DNA from: Campylobacterales bacterium
GTDB taxonomy: Bacteria; Campylobacterota; Campylobacteria; Campylobacterales; Sulfurimonadaceae
Direction of reading: 5' to 3'
NCBI GenBank assembly: GCA_038329855.1
Contig: JBBQNL010000001.1
Location: 562 to 64,561, forward strand
Length of the DNA: 64,000 nt
How positions within the stretch are numbered: the first letter of the stretch is position 1; every line of letters begins with the position of its first letter. The notes beneath the pieces are model-generated. The model did no database searches. It was not told the origin of the DNA and saw only the letters and a program-made list of their open reading frames with translations. The position numbers and the translations under genes are program-made. This document shows positions 53,967 through 64,000 of this stretch, in pieces.

Positions 53967-55076
53967 TTAGGTATCCGTATGAATCCGATGTGCCTGAATA
54001 TAAAAGGCCCACGCGGACCCCATCGCCGCAATGGCTCCGCCGATAAATAAATACGTCGGAGTATACTGATACAGCACGCCTGCTCCCAATGCCCCCACAA
54101 AACCACCCAGACCATAAGAGATACCAAAGAAAAATTGCTGTGAAAGACGACGTGCACTGTAGAGGGCGAACAGGGTACTGATTGCCGCCGTATGAAATAA
54201 GGCGAAGCTAAAGGCATGCAGACTTTGAGACAGCGCCAGGAGCGGCAGTGAGCTGGGGAAAAGGGCCACCATCAGCCATCGAATAGCGGTGATCAATGCG
54301 GTGATCCATAGGATTACATAGAGATTACGGCGAAGCAGAGCCCCTTGAAAATAAAACATCACGATTTCAGCAATAACCCCAAAACTCCACAGCCATACCG
54401 TTGTATTCAGCGAAAGACCGTGATCGGTGATGTAGATGGTGAAAAAATTGTAAAAAGGGCCAAAGCTCACCTGCATCAAGAAAAAACCGATCCACAAATA
54501 AACATGAGATAGCGGGTTAAAGAGACTCTCCCTTTCATTCGACTCAAAGCTCTTGCTTTTGGTATGTTCCTTTCCGATCGTGGCCCCTAATATCAACGTC
54601 CCTAGAGCCATGGCAATCAAAAAGCCTATACCGATTTGAGGGGATGTGAGCCATTCCACCAGTACCAACGCCACCGCAATAAATCCGAGGGAGCCAAAGA
54701 GGCGGATCTTTCCGTATTTCTCTTGCCCGATACGTTCAAGGGCGATCACTTCGACATAGGGGAGTATGAGGGCAATGCCGATACCAAAGAGGATATTGAC
54801 TCCAAGCAGCGCCCAAAAATGTTCCAGTGCAGGATAAAATCCAATCGCACCTAAAGACATTAGGGCAAGAGAGGCATAAAAAGTCCGCTGATTGAGCTGA
54901 AATCCTCGTAAAAACATAAACGGGACGGCAAAACGGACCAATGGAGCGCTTGCGAAGATAATGCCTATCTCCATCGCATTCATTCCGCTCATGGAGAGAA
55001 TTTTGGGAACAAAAATAATGTGTACCCCAATGAGGGCAAAATAGAAAAAATAAAAAAGGGCGACGAGAATGGTCAT
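53967..55076 (-). CDS. MFS transporter (MFS_1-like)
   Basis: Polytopic; YGKIRLFGSLGF and SQSLHAFSF motifs. Confidence 0.88.
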   Translation of the reverse strand: MTILVALFYFFYFALIGVHIIFVPKILSMSGMNAMEIGIIFASAPLVRFAVPFMFLRGFQLNQRTFYASLALMSLGAIGFYPALEHFWALLGVNILFGIGIALILPYVEVIALERIGQEKYGKIRLFGSLGFIAVALVLVEWLTSPQIGIGFLIAMALGTLILGATIGKEHTKSKSFESNERESLFNPLSHVYLWIGFFLMQVSFGPFYNFFTIYITDHGLSLNTTVWLWSFGVIAEIVMFYFQGALLRRNLYVILWITALITAIRWLMVALFPSSLPLLALSQSLHAFSFALFHTAAISTLFALYSARRLSQQFFFGISYGLGGFVGALGAGVLYQYTPTYLFIGGAIAAMGSAWAFYIQAHRIHTDT

Positions 55077-55077
55077 G

Positions 55078-55584
55078 TTATGAAGCTTGAACGACGCACG
55101 TGCCGCTGAGAAGATCGTGCAGGGTCCGATGGTCTTTACGAACCAGTCCGATAAAAAAACCGATGAGGGTGAGAAGGGAGAAAAAATAACCGATAAAACG
55201 CAGTATCAGTTTCCAATAGGGGGCCCTTTGGAGCGTTTTTGCGTCGACGACTCGTACGCGTGCCAGTTTTTTTCCCGGTGTTTGTCCGCTGTGATGCCAT
55301 AACACAACGGTTATGATCATAAATAAGGAAAGCTGCACGATGGAAACGAGAGGATTGGGAGGATTTTTAAGGGCCTCTTTGTTTTGCATAATCACATCTA
55401 TTCCCCCTGCAACATGGGTTTGATCGTAGCCAAAGAGGAGAATAATAATGAGGGAGATGGGCAAACCGATCATAAAAATATCCGTGATAAATGCAAGGGT
55501 TCTCGACCAAAAGGAGGCATAAGCAATTCTAACAGAAGGGGAAAGGGTTAGTTTTTGATTTTTTTTAAGAGTTTTGCGTCGCAT
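55078..55584 (-). CDS. RDD family protein (probably leaderless, start 55584)
   Basis: ASFWSR.LA..TD, GQTPGK and RTLHD motifs. Confidence 0.88.
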   Translation of the reverse strand: MRRKTLKKNQKLTLSPSVRIAYASFWSRTLAFITDIFMIGLPISLIIILLFGYDQTHVAGGIDVIMQNKEALKNPPNPLVSIVQLSLFMIITVVLWHHSGQTPGKKLARVRVVDAKTLQRAPYWKLILRFIGYFFSLLTLIGFFIGLVRKDHRTLHDLLSGTCVVQAS

Positions 55585-55654
55585 AACGCAATTATAACGC
55601 GTTATTACCGTTTGTTTACCAACTTGTTTCATAATACTGATATCCCAATTGATG

Positions 55655-55745
55655 GCAGCACGTCAAAAGGGAGTTTTCATTCTTTCGATACTCCTTAAAA
55701 TTCAAAGCGCTCAGGCCTCTCCTCCTGAGCCACTTTTACCTTCTA
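55655..55745. ncRNA. candidate structured sRNA downstream of flgE
   Basis: Two stems (GCTCAGG/CCTGAGC and GGAGT/ACTCC) and complementarity to the flgE 5' UTR; strand undetermined. Confidence 0.4.
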
Positions 55746-58262
55746 TTAACGTTTAATTCCCAGCAATGTTTCCAATAGCGTATCCGATGTCGTAATCGTT
55801 TTACCATTGGCTTGATAACCGCGTTGGATAATGATGAGGTTTGTCAATGATTTGGACAAATCGACGTTGGACGCTTCGAGTGCTGACGATTGCATAAATC
55901 CTCGTCCTGCCGTTGCCGCAACACCGATGATCGGGTCGCCAGAGTTGGCAGATTGAAGGTAAACGTTTCCACCATCCGTCATTAATCCCTCATTATTAGT
56001 AAATTTAGCCATACCGATTTGTGCCAAACCGAACGATCGGCCATTGGAAAATGATCCGATTAATGTACCGCTTTGGTCGATTCGAATCCCTACTAAGTCA
56101 CCGCCAGGGAAACCGTCTTGAGAGATACCGCTCGTACCGGAAGTCGCATCAAAGCTGGTCATCCCATCAAATGCATTGGAAGTACCGAGCTTAATATTGA
56201 CATTTTGGTTAGGTGTAGAACCATTTCCAGCGGTAAAGTTGACGTTGGTCGGTGAATAGGAGGAGAGTGCTCCATCGGCCGTAAAGCGCACTTGTCCATC
56301 AATTTCGTTGTATGGAGCGACAGTACTGATAGCACCTGGTTCTGGGACGGAAAGTTTCATGCTCCATGTGGCTCCGGTAGCCGCGTCGACATTAACCTTT
56401 CGAAAATCCATTCTCATGGTATGTTTGCTTCCCAGTGAGTCAAAGATATCAATACTGGTCGAGTGAGTTGCAGCATCAAGCCCTTGGGAGATTCGGATTC
56501 CCGTACTCCCCTCGACTAAAGTGCCGTTGAGTGACTGCATTACATCGGTGAGCTTTTGGTTTTTGCTAACATTATTTGCGCTGTCTTTAAATGCGGTAAT
56601 TTGTAGTTTAAGATTTTCTTCAATATTATCTCCATCAAGATCATTGACTACTTCAAACTGCCCTCGTGAATTGATAGTCACTTTGATGCCGTCTGCAAAA
56701 CCGGTAGTCCCCGCTACGACGGGTGTTACTGTAGCGGCTACAGCAGCATTATCCGTAGCTGTAAGAGTAAAGGGTGTTCCGTTTGGCAGACCTGTTATAT
56801 CAATGTTGGCACCGTTAACAGTAGCGACAGCTCCAGCACCTAAAGCAGCTTGAATATCGGCCGCTAAAGCTGCTTGACTAGCTGATGATGCTAATACTAC
56901 ACCATTGACAGTTGCTGTGACAGGATACGTTAACCCACCTACAGCGGTTAGTGTTGTGGATTGAACAGAAACTGCTCCGCCTACAACATCTTTGGCGTGA
57001 GTTTCCATGATTAAACGAAGCTGTTCTGTTGTTCGAAAGGATGCATTTGCTGCTGTGGGGCTAGAAATATCTACCGGATTGGTAGCGTATGCATATTGGT
57101 ATGCAGTTATATTGCTGGTATCACCGGTGTTGTTAACAACACCTCCAAGTGTACCTGTGATCAAAATATTTTTGGTTACAGCTGCATCGCTTTCTCTAGA
57201 GTTATCATTGACAAGTTGTAATCCGCCTGTCCCGCCACCTGTGGCTATGGCAACAACACCTGTTACTGATGTTTTTGCATTGATCTGTTGGGCGATGTAG
57301 GCCGCATTACCATCTCGATCTACATCTGGAGCCGTACCGCTGATTGCGGTGCCATTAATAGTAAAGCTAAATGCCCCAGTATAGCCTGACCCTAGAGGAA
57401 GAGCAGTCGGATCAGGGATGCTTCTTGTAGCTGTCGCATCTTTATAGCTAACCCATATCCCTTGAGAAGGCTGCATGGTCAGTGATTGCCCCTGATCATT
57501 GAACATAACATTCATATCTTCAGCTGCAATAGTATTTGCGGTACGTGTATCATAGGCCGCTGTCCACAGTGCTTGTATTGCAGGAGTTGCAGGTGCAGGA
57601 GCTCCACTCCCTACTGCGGGAGCGGGAGTGATTGCTTGCCATGCGGTATAGCTTTGATAATCCGTAAGAGAGTAGCTTTTCATTGGATTGGTGACGCTAA
57701 ATGTCTCGACTGTTTGTCCTGAATCGAGATTGGCTTTTAGCACAACATCGGTTGTGGCATTAGCGGGTGTTGTAAGCCCAGGAGCGATTTTGATGTTTTT
57801 GATTGGACTGCTGGAATCGACTTTATTGGTATCCGGATCGCGAAGCCACCCTTGGACGATGTTTCCGCCATTATCAACAAAATTTCCACCCGCATCAAAT
57901 TTAAAATCTCCGGAACGGCTGTATTTATACGTATTTCCGCCATCGGCACTGACGATGAAAAAACCATCTCCTTGGATTGCGACATCGGTATTTTTATCGG
58001 TATTTTGGATGGAGCCTTGAGTCATGATTTTAGTAATGGAACCAATAGAGGAACCCAAGCCGACTTGTACCGCATTTTTACCACCCAATGCCCCCTGTGG
58101 AGCTGTGGCGATTTGATTCGTTTGCGCGAGCAAATCGGAAAAATTGGCTCGAGAGTATTTATATCCGATAGTGTTGACGTTGGCAATATTGTTTGATTCG
58201 ACGTCCATGGCAACTTGATGGGCTTGTAATCCAGTAACACCTGCAAAGAGTGATCGTAACAT
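55746..58262 (-). CDS. flgE: flagellar hook protein (long Campylobacterota type)
   Basis: SNNIANVNTIGYK, RSGDF..D, LEASNVDLS and QRGYQAN motifs; large central variable region. Confidence 0.96.
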   Translation of the reverse strand: MLRSLFAGVTGLQAHQVAMDVESNNIANVNTIGYKYSRANFSDLLAQTNQIATAPQGALGGKNAVQVGLGSSIGSITKIMTQGSIQNTDKNTDVAIQGDGFFIVSADGGNTYKYSRSGDFKFDAGGNFVDNGGNIVQGWLRDPDTNKVDSSSPIKNIKIAPGLTTPANATTDVVLKANLDSGQTVETFSVTNPMKSYSLTDYQSYTAWQAITPAPAVGSGAPAPATPAIQALWTAAYDTRTANTIAAEDMNVMFNDQGQSLTMQPSQGIWVSYKDATATRSIPDPTALPLGSGYTGAFSFTINGTAISGTAPDVDRDGNAAYIAQQINAKTSVTGVVAIATGGGTGGLQLVNDNSRESDAAVTKNILITGTLGGVVNNTGDTSNITAYQYAYATNPVDISSPTAANASFRTTEQLRLIMETHAKDVVGGAVSVQSTTLTAVGGLTYPVTATVNGVVLASSASQAALAADIQAALGAGAVATVNGANIDITGLPNGTPFTLTATDNAAVAATVTPVVAGTTGFADGIKVTINSRGQFEVVNDLDGDNIEENLKLQITAFKDSANNVSKNQKLTDVMQSLNGTLVEGSTGIRISQGLDAATHSTSIDIFDSLGSKHTMRMDFRKVNVDAATGATWSMKLSVPEPGAISTVAPYNEIDGQVRFTADGALSSYSPTNVNFTAGNGSTPNQNVNIKLGTSNAFDGMTSFDATSGTSGISQDGFPGGDLVGIRIDQSGTLIGSFSNGRSFGLAQIGMAKFTNNEGLMTDGGNVYLQSANSGDPIIGVAATAGRGFMQSSALEASNVDLSKSLTNLIIIQRGYQANGKTITTSDTLLETLLGIKR

Positions 58263-58383
58263 GATTAATCCTTTTAAATTTAACACGCTTCAGGAGACAA
58301 CCCCTAAATCTACACTAGCCGATTAGGCCACTTAATCTAGCCTCTAATGAGGTAGAAATCTATTTTCAATATTAAAGATATAA

Positions 58384-58400
58384 GCAAAATATGTTCCAAA
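58384..58400 (-). promoter_or_regulatory. sigma54 promoter of flgE
   Basis: TTGGAAC-ATATT-TTGC (GG-N10-GC). Confidence 0.85.
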
Positions 58401-58402
58401 AA

Positions 58403-59698
58403 TTAGCGACGCATTTGCAGTGCTTTTTGGATCATCTCATCCACCGTCGTCATGGTTTTAGCATTGGCTTGATAGGCGCGCTGCATGATAATCATATCGG
58501 TAAGTCCCACTTCCATACGGACATTGGATGCTTCGAGCATACCGCTTCGAACGTTTGCTCCAGTAATTGTATTACCTGCAGCATCAGTGAAAAATAGTGG
58601 TGCCCCACTGTTACTGCTCTCTTGGAAATAGCTACCGCCTTCTCGATTGAGCCCCTGGTCGTTTTGAAAATGGTATACAGCAACACGACCGATAGCACTT
58701 TGGCGTCCATTGGAGAAATCCGCAAAAATGACTCCGTCGGCATTAATGGCATATTTTGTCAGTAGGCCTCCGAGTGTCCCATCGTTTTGAGCTCCGCCGC
58801 TAACAGGGAGATTATTGATTGATGTCACATTTGCAGCACTAAGGGTAACGGGTGATCCGTCATTATTGATAGAAGGGATTGTAAAACTGCTCATTGCTCC
58901 TGCTCCATCAAAAATGGCTTGCCCATTTTGGGTATCATAAACAATACTCCCGTCTTTGGATTCGGCAGTCGCAACGACATCCCAAGAGATGCCGACTGCA
59001 GGCTGTATGGTGCTCTTTGTAAAAGAAAGACGAATCTGATTGGTGTCATTATTGGCACTTATGGCCTGGCTGTACATTGATCGAAGAACATCGTCTGTTC
59101 CTAGATTGCCCATAAACGCTACTTGTGTGGTAGGCTCAACCGGATAACTCAGGAGTGTTGGAAATTCAAGTATCCCTTGGCTATTGACATTGCCTAACGC
59201 TGCAGTATCGGATGGTGTATGGATCTCATAGGTCCCGGCAGCTGCATTGTAGGTAAAATTGGAGAGCCTGGTCCCTGAGACAAACATCCCATCCGCGGTG
59301 ACAAGTCGAGCAGAGGAAGAGTTGACATCCCCGTTTACTTTTTGATACGTATCAAACGAAAAATGGCCATCGCGGGTATAAAGATTTTGATTTTTAGAAA
59401 TGACGCCAAACCATCCATTCCCTTCGAGTGCAAGATCGTTAAACCGATCGGAGGGCATCATCTCTCCTTGTTGTAATTGGAAACTGGTGGTTTGCAGTTG
59501 AACACCAAGACCGATATCGTTTGTGGTAGGGGTATTCGCTCCGCTGCTGGATAAAGCTTGCGTAAAAATATCGGAAAATTCGGCTAATGAGCCTTTATAG
59601 CCCGTCGTCGATATATTGGCAAGGTTGTCCGACACAACATCAAGTCCATATTGATGAGTCTGAATACCTGATAATCCTGAATAAAATCCTTGCGTCAT
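58403..59698 (-). CDS. second hook-family protein (FlgE2-like)
   Basis: SDNLANISTTGYK, YTRDG.F, LEASNV and QRAYQANAK motifs. Confidence 0.88.
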   Translation of the reverse strand: MTQGFYSGLSGIQTHQYGLDVVSDNLANISTTGYKGSLAEFSDIFTQALSSSGANTPTTNDIGLGVQLQTTSFQLQQGEMMPSDRFNDLALEGNGWFGVISKNQNLYTRDGHFSFDTYQKVNGDVNSSSARLVTADGMFVSGTRLSNFTYNAAAGTYEIHTPSDTAALGNVNSQGILEFPTLLSYPVEPTTQVAFMGNLGTDDVLRSMYSQAISANNDTNQIRLSFTKSTIQPAVGISWDVVATAESKDGSIVYDTQNGQAIFDGAGAMSSFTIPSINNDGSPVTLSAANVTSINNLPVSGGAQNDGTLGGLLTKYAINADGVIFADFSNGRQSAIGRVAVYHFQNDQGLNREGGSYFQESSNSGAPLFFTDAAGNTITGANVRSGMLEASNVRMEVGLTDMIIMQRAYQANAKTMTTVDEMIQKALQMRR

Positions 59699-59700
59699 GA

Positions 59701-60363
59701 TCAGCCTCCTACGATCTCTTTGATTGATTCAAATGGAACATAGCTTGATCCCATTTTTACCAAGGTTTTACCATTATCAAAACGGACCGATTCGATGGGG
59801 TATGTTCCGACACGGGAAGTGCGGTTTTGTCCCGTAGTATCGGTATAGGCTGATTCGACATAATAGGTTCCTGCTTTGACCGTATTCCCGCTATCGTCAG
59901 ATCCATTCCAGCTATAAGAGTGGATGCCTGCTGACATCGTTTCCAGCGGTAAGGTTTTGATGGTATTACCGTTAACATCCATCACTTTGACCGAGCCACT
60001 TTTGATATCTTTTGGAAAATAGAGTTCAAAATCACTACTTTTTCCTTGATCAAAGACAACGGCATTACTTCCCGTATCGGCTATTTTACCAATGGCTGAA
60101 ACGGTTGAGTATTGCATTGATGCAGTGAGAGATGCTGCCAATGCTGCAAGAGATTTATTGGTATTTTCAGTGGACTCAAGCGTTGCTAATTGCGAGGTTT
60201 GAGCAAGAATTTTTTCACTGTCCATAGGAGAAGTTGGGTCTTGGTATTTAAGTTCCAAGAGCAACAGTTTTAAAAAGTCATCTTTCCCCAAAATACTGTT
60301 AGGATTAGACGTGGTTGTTGCCGTAGCGGTAGCCGCATTTTGACCTACTGAATTGATTGCCAT
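59701..60363 (-). CDS. flgD: flagellar hook capping protein
   Basis: DDFLKLLLLELKYQDPTSPMD. Confidence 0.96.
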   Translation of the reverse strand: MAINSVGQNAATATATTTSNPNSILGKDDFLKLLLLELKYQDPTSPMDSEKILAQTSQLATLESTENTNKSLAALAASLTASMQYSTVSAIGKIADTGSNAVVFDQGKSSDFELYFPKDIKSGSVKVMDVNGNTIKTLPLETMSAGIHSYSWNGSDDSGNTVKAGTYYVESAYTDTTGQNRTSRVGTYPIESVRFDNGKTLVKMGSSYVPFESIKEIVGG

Positions 60364-60377
60364 AATAGTTCCTTTAA

Positions 60378-62225
60378 TTACGCGTAATGCGGTAAGATGA
60401 TTTCAAGAGCGCTTAAGGGCTCTTCTTTGGATTCAAGCTCTAAAAGCGATTGATACGACTGAAAACGGTTTTGTTGTTGTTGAGGATTGGGATTTTGGGA
60501 TTGATTTTCTCCGCCTGACATAAAATTCATCGTCGCATTGGTTATCCCTTGTCCGGCCAATTGCGCTTTTAGCTCTGTGGCATTATGAGCGAGAAATGCG
60601 ACACTGTTTGCGTTATTCGACTGGATATTGACATGGACATTATTTCCCCGTTGTACCAATGTCACTTCTATTTCCCCTAGTTTTTCAGGATTGAGCTTCA
60701 TAGTGACTCGAGTAAAAGGGGGTTTGTAGCTTTCTGCCGCTTCTTTAAGATCAATAGCAAAATGGCGTAAGCTTTGCACAGCTTCTTTGGATTTTATTTC
60801 GACTGACCCTTCTTTATGGGTCTGAAGAAGTTTTGAGGAGTCCTCTGCGGATGAATTGATCTCTTTATTCTCTGCTTTATTTGTTTCATGAGTTGCACGT
60901 AGCAATGCTCCTAGGGTATCTACGGAGGCACTTATAGAAATTTTTGGTGATTCTTTTAAAACTTCAGGTGCAGCAGGAATAAAAGTAGAAGGTTCACCTG
61001 ATGGTTTGAGTTCTTTTAATAATGATTGGAGAGGTTGAGGTGCAACTTTTTCACTCTCTTTAACCGCTTTGATCTCAGGCTGTAGAGTTTTAACCTCTGC
61101 TTGGGGAGCTTTGGTCTCATTTAAAGCTTGAGCGAGAAGTTCAGGTGCTTTTGCCGTTAGCGGAATATCACCTTTTGGCATCTCTTTAACTGTTTTAATC
61201 ACAGGCTGTACGGTTTTAACTTCTGCTTGCGTTTCTTTGGTCTCATTTAAAAGTGCCGCGAGGGATTCAGGTGCTTTTACCGTTAAAGTAGCATCTGCTT
61301 TTGGCATCTCTTTAACCGCTTTGATCTCAGGCTGCAGGGTTTTAACCTCTGTTTGTGGCCCTTTGGTCTCATTTAAAGCTTGAGCGAGAAGATCAGGTGT
61401 TTTTACCGTTATAGGAGCATCTACTTTTGGAATTTCTTTAACCGCTTTGATCTCAGGCTGCAGGGTTTTAACCTCTGTTTGTGGCCCTTTGGTCTCATTT
61501 AAAGCTTGAGCGAGAAGTTCGGGTACTTTTGCCGTTAGCGGAATATCACCTTTTGGCATCTCTTTAACCGCTTTAATCTCAGGTTGTACGGGTTTGACTT
61601 CTGCTTGCGTTTCTTTGGTCTCATTTAAAAGTGCCGTGAGGGTTTCAGGTGCTTTTGCCGTTAAAGTAGCATCTGCTTTTGGTGATTTTTTTGACTCCAA
61701 AACACTTTTAAAGAGCAGTGAATCACCCAATCCCTTAAAGAGCGGTTTTTCATTCTCATCCAAGGTTGAAAGGGTGATTTCGCTCATATTAATCCCAAGC
61801 GTATCCGCGAGTTCTACGAGTCCCATAAGAGTTTTTGGGATCATCGCAGGGTCTGCTCTGTACTCAGGAGATTTTTGCTGAATACTGTTTTTGAGATATT
61901 CTTTGGCTTTGTGAATGAGTGAATGAACCTGATCGTTGCTCAAAACATTGATAAGCTCTTTAGGGAGGGCTTTTGTCTCTTCGCTGCTAAGTAAATTTTC
62001 TAAGACTTTTGTATTGATTTTTGGAGCATCGGAAAAGGTGCTTGTTTTAGGATCGATAATTATCCCAAAACTTTTCTCACTTTTCTCGCTCTTTACAGGA
62101 GCATTGAGGGAAGATAAAATTTGGGCAAAAGCATCATCGGCTTTACTGTTTTTACCCTTTGCTGAGCCTCCAAGCAACTCAATGAGAGAGGATTGCTTTG
62201 CGGTCTCTTTGCTTTGAACAACCAT
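60378..62225 (-). CDS. fliK: flagellar hook-length control protein
   Basis: C-terminal T3S4 domain (LNPEKLGEIEV); upstream of flgD; AAGGA RBS. Confidence 0.92.
   Translation of the reverse strand: MVVQSKETAKQSSLIELLGGSAKGKNSKADDAFAQILSSLNAPVKSEKSEKSFGIIIDPKTSTFSDAPKINTKVLENLLSSEETKALPKELINVLSNDQVHSLIHKAKEYLKNSIQQKSPEYRADPAMIPKTLMGLVELADTLGINMSEITLSTLDENEKPLFKGLGDSLLFKSVLESKKSPKADATLTAKAPETLTALLNETKETQAEVKPVQPEIKAVKEMPKGDIPLTAKVPELLAQALNETKGPQTEVKTLQPEIKAVKEIPKVDAPITVKTPDLLAQALNETKGPQTEVKTLQPEIKAVKEMPKADATLTVKAPESLAALLNETKETQAEVKTVQPVIKTVKEMPKGDIPLTAKAPELLAQALNETKAPQAEVKTLQPEIKAVKESEKVAPQPLQSLLKELKPSGEPSTFIPAAPEVLKESPKISISASVDTLGALLRATHETNKAENKEINSSAEDSSKLLQTHKEGSVEIKSKEAVQSLRHFAIDLKEAAESYKPPFTRVTMKLNPEKLGEIEVTLVQRGNNVHVNIQSNNANSVAFLAHNATELKAQLAGQGITNATMNFMSGGENQSQNPNPQQQQNRFQSYQSLLELESKEEPLSALEIILPHYA
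61053..61682 (-). repeat. five 126-bp (42-aa) coding tandem repeats in fliK
   Basis: PKxD..LTxKxPE.L...LNETK..Q.EVK..QP.IK.VKE repeated five times. Confidence 0.95.
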
Positions 62226-62264
62226 AATGGAATCCTTTTGCAAAATATATATTAATGTTGTAAA

Positions 62265-62280
62265 GCAAAAAATATTCCAC
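62265..62280 (-). promoter_or_regulatory. sigma54 promoter of fliK-flgD-flgE2
   Basis: GTGGAAT-ATTTT-TTGC (GG-N10-GC). Confidence 0.8.
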
Positions 62281-62363
62281 TTACTATAAAATTCACTTAA
62301 TCCTTCCTTAACTTTATTTTAGATAGAATTCGCGAAAATATTTGCTCCCCACACGGACATTCA

Positions 62364-64000
62364 TTGCAAAAAATTCGTAACATCGCCGTCATCGCACACG
62401 TTGACCATGGTAACACGACTCTAGTTGACGGATTGCTCAAGCAATCTGGAACGTATGGCAGCCACGAGCAGGTCAATGAAAGAGCAATGGACTCTAACGC
62501 ACTTGAGAAAGAACGCGGGATCACGATTCTTTCTAAAAATACAGCAATTCGTTACGGTGATCACAAAATCAACGTTATCGATACTCCGGGCCACGCCGAT
62601 TTTGGTGGAGAAGTTGAGCGCGTATTGAAAATGGTTGACGGAGCGTTAATCCTTGTTGACGCGTATGAAGGGGTTATGCCTCAGACTAAGTTTGTTGTTA
62701 AGAAAATGTTGGCGCTTGGACTCAAGCCAATCGTTGTTATTAACAAAATTGACAAACCTTCCGCTGATCCTGAGCGTGTAGTAGACGAAGTATTTGACCT
62801 TTTCGTAGCAATGGATGCAACCGAAGATCAACTCGATTTCCCAATCATCTATGCAGCAGCTCGTGATGGTATGGCGAAACTAAACATGTCTGATCCTGAT
62901 GGCGATTTCACATGTTTGTTTAACACAATCCTTGAAAAAGTGCCTGAGCCTACGGGTGATGCTGAAAACCCAACACAGTTGCAAGTCTTTACTCTTGACT
63001 ATGACAACTATGTTGGTAAAATCGGTATTGCTCGTATTTTCAACGGACGCATTTCAAAAGGGGATAATATCCTCCTTGCAAAAGCAGACGGTGAAATGGT
63101 TAAAGGTAAAATCTCTAAACTCATCGGGTTTATGGGTCTTAACCGTACAGAAATCCAAACGGCAGAAGCGGGTGATATCGTGGCCCTTGCAGGTATCGAA
63201 ACCGTAGACGTTGGGGATACCATCTGTGATCCTAACAATCCAATGCCATTGGATCCTATGCACGTTGAAGAGCCTACGTTGAACGTATTCTTCTCGGTTA
63301 ATGATTCTCCACTTGCGGGTCAAGAAGGAAAGCATATTACTTCAAACAAAATTCGTGAGCGTCTAGAAGCGGAAATGAATACCAACGTTGCAATGCGTTG
63401 TGAAGTGATCGGTGAGGGTAAATTCCAAGTTTCAGGACGTGGAGAACTTCAAATCACTATTCTTGCAGAAAATATGCGTCGCGAGGGCTTCGAGTTCGGT
63501 ATTGGACGTCCGGAAGTTATCATACGTGAAATCGAAGGGGTCAAATGTGAGCCATTCGAGCACCTCGTAGTTGACCTTCCTCAAGAATTTGCAGGAAGTA
63601 TCATCGAGCGTCTTGGCCGTCGTAAAGCGGAAATGACAGCGATGGTTCCAATGGGTGAGGGCTTTACGCGTGTTGAGTTCGTTATCCCTGCACGTGGACT
63701 GATCGGTTTCCGTGGACAATTCTTGACAGAAACCAAAGGAGAGGGTGTTATGAACCACTCTTTCTTGGAGTTCCGCCCATACACGGCAAGTGGCGTTGAG
63801 AGCCGTCAGTACGGAGCATTGACTTCTATGGAAGACGGTGTTACGTTGGCATTCTCACTTGCAAACTTGCAAGAGCGTGGTGTATTGTTTGTTAATCCTC
63901 AAACAAAAGTTTACAAAGGGATGATCGTTGGAGAACACAGTCGTACCAACGACCTTGATGTTAATCCGATCAAAGGAAAAGCACAATCAAACGTCCGTTC
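62364..64000 (+). CDS. typA: translational GTPase TypA/BipA, runs off the right edge (partial)
   Basis: TTG start; [13 protein letters not shown](N)[29 protein letters not shown] and GRGELQ motifs. Confidence 0.95.
   Translation, partial: MQKIRNIAVIAHVDHGNTTLVDGLLKQSGTYGSHEQVNERAMDSNALEKERGITILSKNTAIRYGDHKINVIDTPGHADFGGEVERVLKMVDGALILVDAYEGVMPQTKFVVKKMLALGLKPIVVINKIDKPSADPERVVDEVFDLFVAMDATEDQLDFPIIYAAARDGMAKLNMSDPDGDFTCLFNTILEKVPEPTGDAENPTQLQVFTLDYDNYVGKIGIARIFNGRISKGDNILLAKADGEMVKGKISKLIGFMGLNRTEIQTAEAGDIVALAGIETVDVGDTICDPNNPMPLDPMHVEEPTLNVFFSVNDSPLAGQEGKHITSNKIRERLEAEMNTNVAMRCEVIGEGKFQVSGRGELQITILAENMRREGFEFGIGRPEVIIREIEGVKCEPFEHLVVDLPQEFAGSIIERLGRRKAEMTAMVPMGEGFTRVEFVIPARGLIGFRGQFLTETKGEGVMNHSFLEFRPYTASGVESRQYGALTSMEDGVTLAFSLANLQERGVLFVNPQTKVYKGMIVGEHSRTNDLDVNPIKGKAQSNVR

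Overview
Core chromosomal window of a Campylobacterota (Epsilonproteobacteria) bacterium; the gene repertoire suggests a Sulfuricurvum/Sulfurimonas-like organism (inference). It spans the replication origin (ruvC-oriC1-dnaA-oriC2-dnaN-gyrB, with a perfect parS inside rluA). It also holds nrdA/nrdB, purB, purT, dnaG, rpsU, queF, tRNA-Ala(GGC), a complete phosphate-starvation locus (phoU-phoB-phoR-cca-pstCAB divergent from pstS plus a porin), an anchorless fumarate-reductase-like pair, c-di-GMP genes, a sigma54 flagellar hook locus (fliK-flgD-flgE2-flgE) and partial typA. No prophage, IS, CRISPR or defence system is evident. The most interesting signals are non-coding or very small. (1) A GTAAY-N6-GTAAY 'pho box' sits at a fixed 26-27/15-16 bp from the -10 element at five promoters, including a distant ornithine-lipid synthase (OlsF-like) gene. 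(2) A second motif (TTAAC) with the same geometry links a PPIase-less chaperone, a TauE/DsbD_2 protein and a periplasmic HMA protein. (3) An unannotated 51-aa acidic ORF contains an in-frame palindromic repeat. (4) A dispersed hairpin-plus-GTAG-REP element shows covariation across four copies. (5) Candidate sRNAs lie after flgE and after ruvC. (6) A third DnaA-box cluster lies beyond ruvC. (7) typA carries a Walker A K-to-N change. All calls were made by eye; no searches were run.
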